Shown here: positions 10,354-23,445 of the stretch, one piece after another
Layout of the letters: every line of letters starts with the position of its first letter
Position numbering within the stretch: the stretch's first letter is position 1
Source: Psilocybe cubensis
Taxonomy: Eukaryota
Length of the DNA stretch: 64,000 nucleotides
NCBI GenBank assembly: GCA_017499595.2
Contig: CM039000.1
Location: 744,001-808,000, forward strand
Reading direction: 5' to 3'
Translations under genes and position numbers: made by a program
The notes under the pieces: model-generated
Seen by the model: only the letters and a program-made list of their open reading frames with translations
Databases searched by the model: none
What the model was told of the DNA's origin: nothing

Positions 10354-13300
10354 TCAAGCGATAACGCAGCCGCCAAACAGGCCTCCATGCTCATCACACA
10401 GGCTCTGACAACACCCTCTATTCTTGTCCTCTCCCTCCCCGCCTTGCTGTTGCTGTCGTTTCCTCCTCTCCCTCTCCCTCCGACGACTTTCTTTATCCTC
10501 CCCCACCTGTTCTTTACTTCCATTGCTCACAAACAACGACAACATAGATGCCGACGCCCCAGACCACCCCTCCTTTCCATTCTTCGCTCTAGATTTCTTC
10601 TTATCCTGTGGCCCCTTGGTAGGCGGAACACCCACAGGCCCACCGCGGCGTTTCACTTCCAAAACATACTCCCGTCGCGGCTCACCCTCTTTTGGGATAT
10701 CGTACCACCAGAACAGGCGTTGGCCGCGGATAGAGTACCGCCCGCCAGAGAGAGAGACTTCGACGTCGATGAGCGGGTGCGCGCGGCGGTCGTCGTCGCG
10801 ATCGTCTTCGGGGTCAGAGGATGGAGACGGCGGTGACGAAGATGGGGAGAACGTATCCCCAATGAGCAGCGGTGCGCGTGCGGTGGGGTCAATACCAGGT
10901 GGGAACAGACTGCTACTCGGCTTGCCAGAGGCAGCGGTAAACGTCGAAATCGAGGATTTGGGGCCAGACTTGGAGGTACCGGAGGAGGTGATGACGTTCA
11001 CGAGCGTAGCAGCCGTCGTACTCGTACTCGCACTTGCACCCGTGCTCGACGCGCTCATAGGTCCAGGAATAGGGTTCGTCATCGTGCTCAGAGGCGAACT
11101 GAGCTCATCGCTTGACTTGCGCGTCACCGGTTCGAGAGCGCGCACATGCGGCGGTGGCGGCGCACTCGTGATAACAGGCGTCGGCGCCAGCGTGGTCACA
11201 CTCGACTCCAAACTCGTCCCTCGTCGCTGTGCGGCACCCTCTTCATCTCCATCGTGCGGGACGAGGCTTGCCATGCTTGCCGTAGGCGGGTAACCTCCTC
11301 GCCCACGCTCATCTCTCAGCTTCAAGTTTCCCTGTGCTGCATATTTCTCCATCGCCTTTGCTTTCTCCTCCTTCGAGCTCCTCCGCGTGCTATCTTTCCC
11401 ACTCCGTGCGCTCTCAAGCAACCTGGGATGTGCATAGTGCACAAGCGGTAAGAACACCTCAGTTGGCATCCGTCTCTCCACTCCCCCTTCATCACCGTCT
11501 TCCTGGGTTCTGGTACCACTACTCCTACTGCTGCGATTACTGCTACCAGCAGGCGGCCGGTCTTCCCACCCAACCCATACCACAAGCTTGAACACGCCCT
11601 TTGCCACGTCAAATCGTACATCCACTGCACGACCCACAACGGCAACAGGCCACGGCCGCGCGAACGCACGCACAGCGCGGGCGCCATTCGTCAGGAATGT
11701 GTACGGGTTCAGGTCGTAACCCGCACGGAGGAGGGGGAGCGGGATACCGGAAGAAGTGGAATTGGAGGATGATGAACGGGTGTGTGGATGATGTCGGGGA
11801 CATGATTTACTGTGATGATGATGGCGATGTTTCACCAAACTTGACTTTGACGTACGCTCCGAATCAAACGACGACGCCGTCGCGGTCGACGCAACCGACA
11901 CCTTGGACCTCGAGCGCGCGTTCCCCGGTCTTCCCCGTTCATCCTGTTCAAGTTGCTGGGCGGAGGACTGGGCGCGAGTGAATCGCTGCCTTTGAACTTG
12001 CTGCGAGAGCGCATGCACATCCACGCCCATACCCGTCGACGACCCGAGGGTTGCAAGACTCAAAGACGACAACGCCGCTGTCATAGGCAGCGACCGCTCC
12101 GGCTGCTGCTGACGCTGTAACTTGCGATCAGCTTTCACCAATTTAGCACTCGACCCCGCCCGCGAAACTTGGGGACGGCGTCGGCGGCGCGCGCAGTTGC
12201 GAGGAGAGCAGTTGCATTTGATCGCCGACGCGCTGCTAGCATGAGCTCCAGCGCCGGCGAGACTAGCGAGCGCATCGGCCTCGCGTTCACCGTCCATGAG
12301 GAGCACCGCACGACTGTCCGTGCGGAGCGTCGTGGCATCGGCCTCAGCAACGACGTCGTCCAGTTCATTGTTGTCAGAGGAGACGCGAGGTATGCGCATA
12401 TCCTGCACGTCCCCGTACACACCCTCCGCCTCCCGCTGTTGCTGCTGTTGACGGCGCACAATGTCTGTTTCATCTTCTTCATCACAGCAACAACAACATT
12501 CCTCCTCGTCGTCCCTAACAACATCATCTGGACTCCACAAACTCAAATCCTCCAAGTTCCATCCATCTCCCCATTCATGTGAATGGTCGTCGGGGACATA
12601 CGTCCACACCGTATAATTCAAACTATCCCCTCGCCCATTACCCCCACCTGTTTCGCGTTCCCTCTCCCTCTCCTTACCCTTCGTCAGCACCCACGCATCG
12701 CACGCCTGTAGACTGGCGTCGAGCGCCTTTTCCTGTGAGCTGTAATCCCCCTGGTGTTTACCCGAGTCCGTCCACCCATACGCACGCTTCCCATCCATAT
12801 CGAACGGCGTCCCGATCTCCCCAATCACCGTCGGATACCCGCGCGTCGAATCACCACCCAGCACGCCAGATGCCGCAGACACGTCGCCCTGGAGGTACCC
12901 CAGCTGCTCGTGCAGTGACTTGCGGATCGCGCCCTCACCGAGCTTCACCGCGCGCAGCGCCGACGTATACTTGCCTCGCAGCAACCCTAGCGCATCCGCG
13001 TTGAACCAGTTCCAGTGGCGCGTGACAAGCGTGAGGCCGTCATAGTAATGTGGCGCGTATGCAGTGCGCCCACCGAGCTCTTCCTCTGTGAACGCAGGCG
13101 GAATCGCAAAGACCGGAGGCTGGACGAAGACCATGCCTTCAGGGTGGGCGCGCCGTACACGAGCGGCGTACGCAAGCCAATGCGGCTTCCAGTAGTCGGA
13201 CAGGAACTCGACCTCGACGCCCGTCACCGGGTGCGTGCGGAAGTACGCAGGACGCAGCACAAAGCCTGTCTCAACGTCCCAGACGCCGTGCTGTGCCCAG

Positions 13301-15157
13301 ATACACGTCCCCAACGGCCATTTCGACACATCGCGCTTCCACCCCCAGCGCGGATGCGTGCCGTCTGGCAACTCGCCACCCGCCCAGTCGGAGTCGGCAT
13401 CAGGTGAGAGTGCAGCAGCGTCCGCCCATACTTTGCGTCCCTTGGGGTCAATCTCAACTACACCGTCGCGCGTAGGACCGAACGCGCCGAACGTCCAGTG
13501 CTCAACCGTTTGCTTTTGGCCCATGCCAAGCCGCAGACTCTGTGCCGGTGTAGGATACGTGCCTTTCTTGAGCGTCGATCCCTGAGCGGTCGGATTCACA
13601 GCGAGATCTACCCACCCACACAAACCCTCAAACGGCTCGTTCAGCGAGTCCCATCCAATCACACATGCATCCAGCAAGCCCTCGCCTCTCCGCCACACAC
13701 CCGCTGCAATCTGCGCGTCATCGTACGCGCGAATACGGTCCGCAAGCCGCCCGCAAGCTTCAATGTAGTGTGACTGGAGGTAATCTTGGATGTTCACGCC
13801 ATCGATGATGCAATTTGGCGCAAAATCACGTCCGGCAAAGAAAAGTGTGAAGACGGTCTGTGAGAGGAGACGGCCATAGTTTGTCGACCAGGCCATGGCG
13901 GGGAGCGTTGCGGGGGCGGGGCCTGAGGGGTCGTATGGGGATGGGTATTCGCAGTGGAGGAGGGCGGCTTGGGTCGCGGTTATGTGTCGTGGGTTGATGC
14001 CGCAGGCGGGGAGGGTCCAGAAAGGCGCACCGGAACCGCCAGAGAAACGGGACCACTGCAGGATGTGAGTGAGAGCGCAAAATGGTTTGCAGAAGACTCA
14101 CAGTGTCTTGGTGTGGATCCATGTATACTCTGAAACCGTACTCTTTGCATTTACAGAGAACTTGAATCGTATAGTCCATGAACTCGTAGTCGTATTTGCC
14201 ACTAAAAATCACACACAATCATGTCAGCGAACGGAAGGTTTAGAATGACAGCAAGGAATAAAAGAAAGACACAAAAACGACAATGAAAGGTAAAGATTTG
14301 CCTGAGGTCAGACAAACAGAACTTGACCAGTTAGGCATGGGAAATCGTGCAATGGAAAATGGTAAGGTTGTTTGTGCTGTCTCGCGAAACAGTGGAGAGC
14401 ACATGATGGCGTCCTAGGGAACATATACCTCCTCCACAATAACTAGGCCAGGCAAGCCGGGGTTTAATGAGTGTAAGTCATTGGGACAATAACTCTTGCG
14501 GCTGCCCAGCGACATGTACCCAAAGACATCTTCAGTGGCAATACCTAACGGTAGTGCATTCCTTCTAGCTTCCTACGCGCGCAATGCATCCGACCGCGGC
14601 AGCTTCCAACAAAAAAAGAAAAGGGAAAAAAAGGAAGGAAGAAAGGGAAATACTTACGGCCCTTCATGCTCCAGCGCCTCCCAAGTGAATGGGAACCTGA
14701 GCAGATTGAAGCCCCATCCACGGAGGCGCGCGAGGTGGACATCCGCACTACCATCTTCCAGCCGCAGGGGGCGCCCAACAAAGCTCAGCTTGTCCCGTGC
14801 CTTGCCCTTGCCTTTTCCTGAACTTCTACTGCTCGCCCGACTACTCCGCCCGGAGCTGCTGCCCGAGCTCTCCCCAACCCTATCCTCATCTTCTTCGTCA
14901 TCTACAATAGCTTCTTCGTCATCTTCTTCTTCCCCGTACCAACAATCCGTATCCTCGTCTGCCCCCGCACTCTCCCAGAACCCGTCCAGCACATGCGAGA
15001 GGCGACCCACGGGGGCTTTAGACGCGCCGCTCAGGTTCACACCACGCAGCAGCAGCGTGCGCCCATGTGTATCGACGAATGAAAACGATGTCGTGTGCAG
15101 GAAAGATGGGGTAGTCGGGAGGCCTGTTGCCGGTGAGGTTGCCGGGATTTGGGGCAT
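10354..15157 (-). CDS. GH5 endoglycoceramidase-related protein (glucosylceramidase / steryl-beta-glucosidase-like), ~1433 aa
   Basis: Exons 15157-14658, 14201-14102, 14055-10354. Motifs [50 protein letters not shown] (acid/base), APHYYDG, VIGEIG (nucleophile) and [11 protein letters not shown]. Confidence 0.9.
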
Positions 15158-16615
15158 GAGTGTCTAGAGTATAGTGTTATGGGATAGATAGGGTGCGCTG
15201 TATGCCGCAAAGGTTGGAGGTTGCTTAGAGGAGTAACGGTTATCGGCAAATGGTTGACTTACTTGTTGGTTCGCTTTCTTAGTTCCCTGGTCAAGCAAAT
15301 CTTGGTGTTATTTAAGCTTGGGCCCAAGTCAAAAGTCGCACTACCTGCTCGTCGCTCGTGAGTGCGTAATACGTATCTGTTGTGTTGGGTCGCTTGGTTT
15401 AGGAGATTGAATGGCGGTCCAGTGAATGAAACGGATATGGGGTCCCTCCGTCAGTCGTCAACGGTGCGACGGGGCGTGGGTGGATACGATATGATGCGAT
15501 ACGATGGCTGCTGTGGTGTCTGAACGAACAGCACCGTTGTATTGGTAGTGGTTTAGTGTCGTATATGTATGTCAAGCAATGTTATCCAGGTATTGAAATT
15601 TGAAGAAGTAAATGTGTGCGTCTGAATCCCAAATGTGCCAATATCGTTAACGTAATCTCCCGTTCAAAGTTTTATCGTGGTTCGTTGAGTGCGTCGTCTT
15701 GGAGCAGCTCCTGGCGAGCTAAGGGTGCGATTGCTTGGAACAGAGCGAAAGGAAAGAAAGAGGAGCAACGTCGGCGACGACGACAGCGGCGGCGGTGGTG
15801 GTGGTAGATACACAATAGGTGGTGAGGTCATCCAACGCCAACCATAAACGGACAACAACAACCAAAAATCTAAGGTCGTACCACAATGCTTTCATTCATT
15901 ACATAACCCCACCACCGGAATTAAAGCCTCACTGGACTTGAACTTGAACCCGAGCAACCCCTTTCAGTCGATCTCTGAATCAAATCAGGGAAGCGCAGCC
16001 CAGGTCAAGTCTCAAGATCTCATGCCACAAGTTCATGGCGGTGCAGCTTGCAGTAGCAGGCATCGATATTATTTGCCATTAGTAAGTCATCGGCTGGATA
16101 ATAAACGAATGCATGGCACAGCGAGGCCGCCCCCGGCCCCGACTTGGACTCGCTTGGACTGTGCTGGAGGCTCTAATTGAATGTTGGAAGGGGAATGGAC
16201 TACAGTTTCCCAACTGGAACATTCTGGGGTTCTATGCGAAAACCGGCCCGATACTGATAGGAGTGATGCGAAAAATAAAAAAGGAAAAAGAAAAAGAAAA
16301 GAAAAAGGGAGAGGAGAAAGGAAGGGATTATTGCTTAGCTTTGCGACAGTTTAGATAACACTGTACCTGTGATGTCCAATAATGATTAGTAGGCTCGCAT
16401 GGCTAGTTCGGGGGACCCTTTTTTATACCTTTATGAGCTGGATTGTCGCTTAACTGGTTTGGTTCTCTCTCAAATTAGCATGGCATTGGTTCAGACCCTT
16501 TTTCTTGTATTTTCGGCACAGATACTCGCGTAGATTATATTCGCAGACTAAGCTAAAGTTGGAAAGCACGATTAGATTGCAGGTTACGGTAGTATGTAAG
16601 TATGCTAGTAGTCCA

Positions 16616-19600
16616 TTAATTCCATCCCTCATAACACTTCTTCGTGGGTCTCTTTGTATTTCTGCCTTTGCAGCTATTGTATTGGCCGCAATCTTGACAG
16701 CGGTTGCGACACAGGTTAACGTTGCTGCTTCCGGAGCAGTCTCTTTGGCCACATTTGCGGCACGTCCGCCGTTTTCGTGGCTTTTTGATTGGCTTTGTTT
16801 TCTGGAGTGATTCAACCACTCGTTGACGCGCAAGCTTCTCCATAATGATTTTGTTCTGTAATTGATGGCTTCTAGGCGAGGTAGGGCACATTTGCTGATG
16901 TTCGAGTTGTTGAGGAGCTGAAATAACATCTGTTTCGCGCCAAAATTCAATGTCCCGGCTTGCCATGTCATCGCGAGAAAGCTGTTGACTTGGTAAATCC
17001 GAGTCAACATGCATGGCATTTGTTGTAATGGGCAACGGTGCCAACATGCGATTTCCATTATCATTGGTTTCTAGCAAGCCTTCGCAAGCAGTGAGAGGTT
17101 GTGGGCACGGTTTGAAAGGTACAACAGGTGCTTTTCGTGAACGTGATGGGTCGTGAATGATGATTGAGAGTGGTCCACGGATATCTGCAGTAAGAGACAG
17201 AGTTTCGTGGATGTGTGAAAGTGTTTTCCATTTATTATAATATGCGCTCAATTGCTCAACAAGCTAAAAAAAATGAATATTTGGACTAAGATGTTACTCA
17301 CAAACAAAAAGACCAAAACAACATACCTTGTAAGAGACATCATTTGTTATGTCAGCCTTTGCATTCCATACTGGAACTGCATCTCGCCATTGTGGCTCTC
17401 CAGACACCGGACTAAAGGCAGCGTGACTTTTGATCAGATCATGGAAGAGCTTCTTTTCCGTTGCTGTATGAACAGGTAGCACAGGCTTTCGAGTGCCCTG
17501 AATATTGGCAAGATACTGATGCATTTGTGGCTGATTAGGAATAACAGTATTTGAATTATATGGAAGCATGCCTGTGGCCGTTCGAATGCTTTCTGGAATA
17601 GGCAGAATCCCAAGAACTTCAGTCGTTGGCGAATAGAGGTTGCCATTGACCCAGCCATCAATTTGGACTGGGTTGATGAGTATATTGTCGAGTGAAATTG
17701 TAAGTTCCTGGAGTTTGTTTATGATCCATATCGAGAAATGACTTCGATATGGTTGGCCAGTAGAGTTGTATGTACCCGTCTAAAGTCATGTTTAGTTAGT
17801 AATTGTTGAAATTTGATTGAAATAGTAAATTTACTTACCTGGAGATTGTGCCGAAGAACAAAGTCCTTAAGACAAGCCTGCATATGTCGGAAAGACGTGC
17901 CAAACTTTGGCAAGCGGGACCGTATATGGGTATGAACACCGCCTTCAGTTGTATTTGTACCACGGGCACATCTGTATATGGGAAGGCCTGTTGATTTGTC
18001 GGTCCCAATTCGTGTATACAAAGGAATTCCAGGAGGATCAGATAAATATCCTCCTATAGCAAGTTCAAGAATATGTTTGGCAGTTTTCCAGCCTTCCACT
18101 GAAAACAGGGGCTTTTTGGTTTTGGGATCCCTCAAGGGACCATATGTGCGAAAGACTTTGGCAAGATATTCATAGACAATATGTGGTGATGGAATATGGT
18201 GCTTGCATCATTGACGTACCCATTCTGAGCGTGAATTTCGTAGCTGCTCATATGTTTGAGGTGGAGACCACGTTGCACCAATTGCGTCAATACGATCCTT
18301 GTCATCTTTATCAGGAATAAAGATTGCATCGCGCAGATCACGAGTAAACTGCTTTCGGAGCCCATGAGTGGCGGGAATGTAGAACATGTGGAAAACATGC
18401 CACACGTCCTTGATGACACGACTGTGCAGTGTATAATCCCACTGATCTGGATCTTTTCCCAAGTACTCCTTGCAGAATAACACACTTTCAGGATCAACCT
18501 CAAAGCCTTGCACAGAATCAGTAGAACATCCTTCAGAGAGGTCATCAGATAAGAGATCCCCAACCGAGCAAGAAGGCTCTGAATCATTGGGTGCAGCAAA
18601 GTCACATTCGGAATCAGCATCCTGAAAAATGCTTGCAGATTCATAGGGGGTTTCGGTTTCAGGCTCGGAGCTGGCAGATTCACAAAATTTGATTGTCCTT
18701 GTTGATGAGGCGGCAGGATCATAAAGTCGAAGATGGCTCTGTAAGCAGACTATCGAAAACGGTGTTTGGCCAAACGATTTCAGAGTTTGCCGACGATGCT
18801 GTGGAATAATCGCACCCGGAACAAGAACTTTGAGAACATCAATAACTGTTCTCCGTGCAGAAACTTTGATTCCATCATATGTTTGGCTTCGGGCGTGACG
18901 TGATATTTGACCTTCTGCAATGATTGTAGTGTTATCGTTGCTGAAGAGAATGACCGGCATGCAAGGTTCCACCAATGATGGGAGTAGAGATGGCACTTTG
19001 ATGTTTTGCATTTCTTTGTAGAGGCAGAGCGAAGCGTATGCATCTTTTGCAGCATAGCTTAACTGCTCGGGGGACAAAACAATATTCTCCCACAAGTTAC
19101 TGATTCGTTCTGGTACATTTTTGTCGAGACGTTTATGCAAAATCCGTGCACACAGATCTGCCAGACTTGTTTTTGAAATATTTGATATTAAAAGGCGATC
19201 TTTGGCAAGTTTTCCAAGATCAACTCCCCCGACAAAGTCATACGACGAGTTAGAGGCTTTTTGGAGATAAGAGAGGTCAGATTTGATCATCCGACCCACT
19301 TTCAAAATTCGTGGATGAGCGAGTAACAGCTTTAGTTGATGTGGCAGGTCCCCCTTTGCAAGCATTTCACTAATCTAATTTGTAAAAGCAGGTCAGGTCA
19401 CTATACTATAATATTCATCAACAAAAACCCACCTGAAGCACATATATGCAATCCTGATAAGCAATTTGTATAATCGCTGTCTTGCCACGATGGGTCACGT
19501 GACCACGAGACGAAAGCTCTACATTCCATTCAGAATCAAAACCAACAGCAATATATCCCTGATCCTGGGGAACATCATCGAGAATAGATCGTGCAGCATC

Positions 19601-21756
19601 ATTGATTGAGTGTGGTGAATCCTTGGGAAGAAGCTTGACCTGCGGAGAAAGTTCAAAGGGCTCCAAATCTGCATACTTTTCAACTGGCACTACACCGGCT
19701 CGAAGAGAAGGGAAGCACCGCTCCAAGAATGCCTTATCGGTGATATTATCGGTGAAGAAAAGTTGAGGCTGGGAGTGACCGTAAAGATCAAGAGACTTTG
19801 CCATGGCTTTCAAAGGCAATTCAGATTGTGATTGCGCTTTGGTTGCAACAAGATTGCACGTCCTTATTTCGCCTTTTTCATTGGTTACCGTAAGAAGGCC
19901 AGTGAAAACCTGTTCACCTTCGACACGGGCTAAGTGTTTTGTAATCTATATTGCTTCCAATTAGCAATTAATCAGAGAATTGAAGAAAATATACTGACTT
20001 TGTGGCTATGGTCAATAGCACATATCTCACCCGTCAACATCGCCGTGTGCTGGTTGAAATCGTGGCCGTGCTTTTCAATAAACGAGTCATACATATCTCG
20101 AATCCATTGGGCACTAGGAATATATCCATGACGTCCTCTTGGGCTTGTGTCATTGAAGGGCAGAAAGGATTCAAATTTTCTGTTATTCCAGGTGCCATCC
20201 AATGTGTTTCTTCGTTCGCAAAGGTGTGTCAGATACTGCAGATTGAGCAGGTCATGTCGAAGCAGATGCTGTGTACGCAAACCGTCGGAAAATTGCTTTG
20301 TTCCCATACCATTCTGAATACAGGTTCTCAACCAATTAAACGCTGTCTTGGATATGGCACTACGATAACTTATTCTTGCAAGGAAGCATTTTAAGGATCT
20401 CGGGATCCCAACTTCGAAATGTGACTGTACGTGTTCCAGGTTTTGAATAAATACATGTGGGGCAACGGTAACGATATCCGATAATATAGAATGTTGAGTC
20501 CATATCAACACATCGACGAGGACGTGGAATTTCAGAATGCCGTTGCAAGCGTCTTCCGCACTTGGGGCAAGAGATACCGTCGTTGCAAAGAGGAAGGGGA
20601 TCCCAGAGCATAAATCGAGAGTCATAGCAATCGGGAGGTGATGGGTGCGACGAGTTTCGAAGAATGAAATAAACCGATTTTGTCGGAAACCAAAATGTGT
20701 GTTGATTGGCATATAATGGAGGCAGACCATTTGCGTCGCGTTGCCGCGACTCTTTGAGATGTTGTCGAAATTGCTCCATCAGCCACTCGGGTAACGGCTT
20801 TACCATGGGAGCTCCAGAAGACAAAGGTGAAGGGCAATCTTCATCGTCATCCAAATCATCTTCGACACCAACACCATCTCCAGATGCATCGTCATCATCC
20901 AGCGGCACAATTTCGCGCTGTGGATCTTCACTACCAATAATTGTATCATGTGGAGGCGTTGTGTGGGTAGATGGTGGCGGACGTGTGGTGCAGGGATTGG
21001 ATGCAACCAACTGGCCGCTGTGCAGTTGAGGCGGTACACTGGGTCTGGGACTATGATTTGAACTGCGGGATGGTGGAACAAAGGAATAAGGTGGGGCAAG
21101 CAAAGCTGGAGGTGTTATCCTGCTAGTACCAGGATTTGTCTAGAAAATAATGAGAAGAAAGATATCACAAAACAAAAAACCACGCACCGATGTCCTGAAT
21201 TCGATCGACACTGCAGGAGATGCCAACTTCTGTTTTTTTGGCCTTCCTCGTGGACGTTTTGCAGGCGGCGCTACTCCCTCTAACGCTAGTGCAGCCGCTC
21301 GCTTTTGTTTGTACCCGGATCCAGGAGGTCGACCGCGTCGTGGACGTGGGGAATCGACGGCAACGGTGTGCGCACACGTTGCAAGAGGGGCCGTCACCGA
21401 CGACGAAGGTGTCCCAAGAGCTGCATTTGGGGCATCGGCAAGATTATCTGTGTGGGAAGTGACAACCGTGAGTGTGAGTACCCTAGAAAGCAGATTCTGA
21501 TGAACTAGTTCGCATACCATTGATAGTGATGTTGTGCAAGTTTCTCGTATAGGTAAGCCTCCCAGCCAAGTTCCTAGCACTGCCAGTGCACTTTAGTCAC
21601 GGTTCAAACAAGCAAACAAGGCCTTCTGGCTCACCTTGCGTCAGCATTGCCTCCGAGCCTCAAAGGTGCCCCAAACTGGCTCTGCATTCCATTCTGTGCA
21701 GCCGGAATGTGATCTTGTTCGCGTTCGTTGTTCACAGGAAATAATTCCGTGTTCAT
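16616..21756 (-). mobile_element. Zisupton/KDZ-like transposase gene with embedded DEDDy 3'-5' exonuclease, disrupted
   Basis: N-terminal AT-hooks (RRGRPP, RPRGRPK), CPKC...YRCPTC, candidate catalytic motifs AIDHSHK, FTDN, DVWH and YRCARGTNTTEG, exonuclease motifs GFDSEW...YAAKDA, and a Cys-rich C-terminus. In-frame TGA at 18208-18210 and a frameshift near 20380. Start codon and element ends uncertain. Confidence 0.7.
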
Positions 21757-23445
21757 AAATAAACGAAGCCGGTTATCGAAGGCAGTACAAAGAGATTTAT
21801 AGCTGGAGTTGTCGTTCTCGTTGGGTTCTCGAGAACGGATGCACGGGGATGACTTCATAATTACATAATATTTTCCGTGATTTTTTTCAAACTCAGAATC
21901 CGTATCCGTATCCGTCACCGCTATCAGTATCGAGCCCGAAAACCAATTCTAATTTTCTCGGACCATGGGGAGTCAACCCACAGGGGCTTCCAGGGGCTTC
22001 CCCACACCCAACTGGATCAGGACATCGAGGAGAAATTGAAATTATCTCGGGAGCTTTCAATGCATGTATTTATTTTTATCTCATGCTTGTTTAGGGGAGA
22101 GAGTTAATTAGGAGAATCGGGAGGAGGAGGAGAAATAGATAATAAGGGACAAGGCAAAGTCAGTTGAACTGAACGACGGGAATATCAGCATTGAGGCGCA
22201 AGGAGATCTAGTACAGGAAATAAGTTGCTCAAGGTTCTCTGTACTCGAAATATGGGCGTTGAAACTTGGAAAGCCTTTCAGAAATAAAATGGAAAACAGG
22301 CCAAACTTTGAAATGAAGTAAAATACATGAAATCATCGTCGTTCCTGGAGTTTGTTCCTGCCCATTGAAAAGTAACGGTAATCAAGAGCAAAGTGCACAC
22401 GAATGATACCATCAAGAGTATTCACGCGCCACACAAGTTACGACGCCATCCTACCATTAAGTTCCTTTAACATATCGGATCGCATCACAACCTCAATATC
22501 TGAAGCTCACCCATTTACATATCATCTCTCTAGGGCCATTCTATACATTCTACTATACAAACGGTCGATCCCGTCGCGCCCGTATCAGTACCAGTACCAT
22601 GCTGACATGTCATTGTCACCCGGATTTTCACTGAGATTGACATTAACACGGTCAACTAAATACACAGTCAATGCTCGGGTATCATCTCTCCGATGAGTAG
22701 CCACGAGATTTGCGCCGATGCTTTTCCAGCAAGTAAATGTAAAAGACTAATCACAAATAATTCTTAGAAAAGGGCGGAGAGCGCAGTAGAAACATATCTT
22801 TCGGGTACAAGTGCAGCCAGAGGTCCTCTCTTTGTTTAAATTCTTTATTTTCATTGTCCTTCTTTGCTCACTCGTTGACACGCTGAATCCTGCGAGGGAT
22901 TAATAGGAACCACGGAACTCATGAGGTAGTATGTCTGGCATGCGAATGGCCAAGAAAAAAGGACGAAACTCATCATCAATCTTCAAAACTTCAGGATTGG
23001 ACAATGAGATGTACATTTATCTTTCTTTGCATTTAAATGTCTGATAGAAGAGTTCTACTGCTACAAAATGAAATACAGATAGTATAGCATCTAACATCAC
23101 CGCAGCTACAAACCCAGTCTCTCATCTTGATTTACCAATGCAGGTCCAGCTGATTAACACCCTCCCGGCCTCGGCCTCTGCCCACAAAATAGCAGTACAG
23201 CCTTGAACGGACCGAAACCCATGTATCATACAGGGATATTTCCAATGCTCTGCTCTTCCTTGCTCCTTGCTCCCCCGTCCGCGCTACATGATCTCCTTTT
23301 GCGTCTGACCTCATTTTCCAAAAATAGACCGCTGATCTGATTTGATCCCTCAGTTGTGATTGCTGATTGTCGCACAACGATCCCGTGGATCTGGAGAGCC
23401 GTGCGCGGGAAACCGCGCCTCTCTTGCAACGCGTACGTCGTTATC

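Noticed and set aside
10387-13773. Many long antisense and alternate-frame ORFs over the GH5 gene (likewise 3522..4304)
   Set aside because: Expected shadows of GC-rich coding sequence.
16200-22035. Candidate transposon ends: direct repeat CCCAACTGGA (~16209, ~22007) and inverted GATGTCC/GGACATC (~16371, ~22020)
   Set aside because: Too short, and I could not pair a TIR with a matching TSD. The element boundaries are left unresolved.
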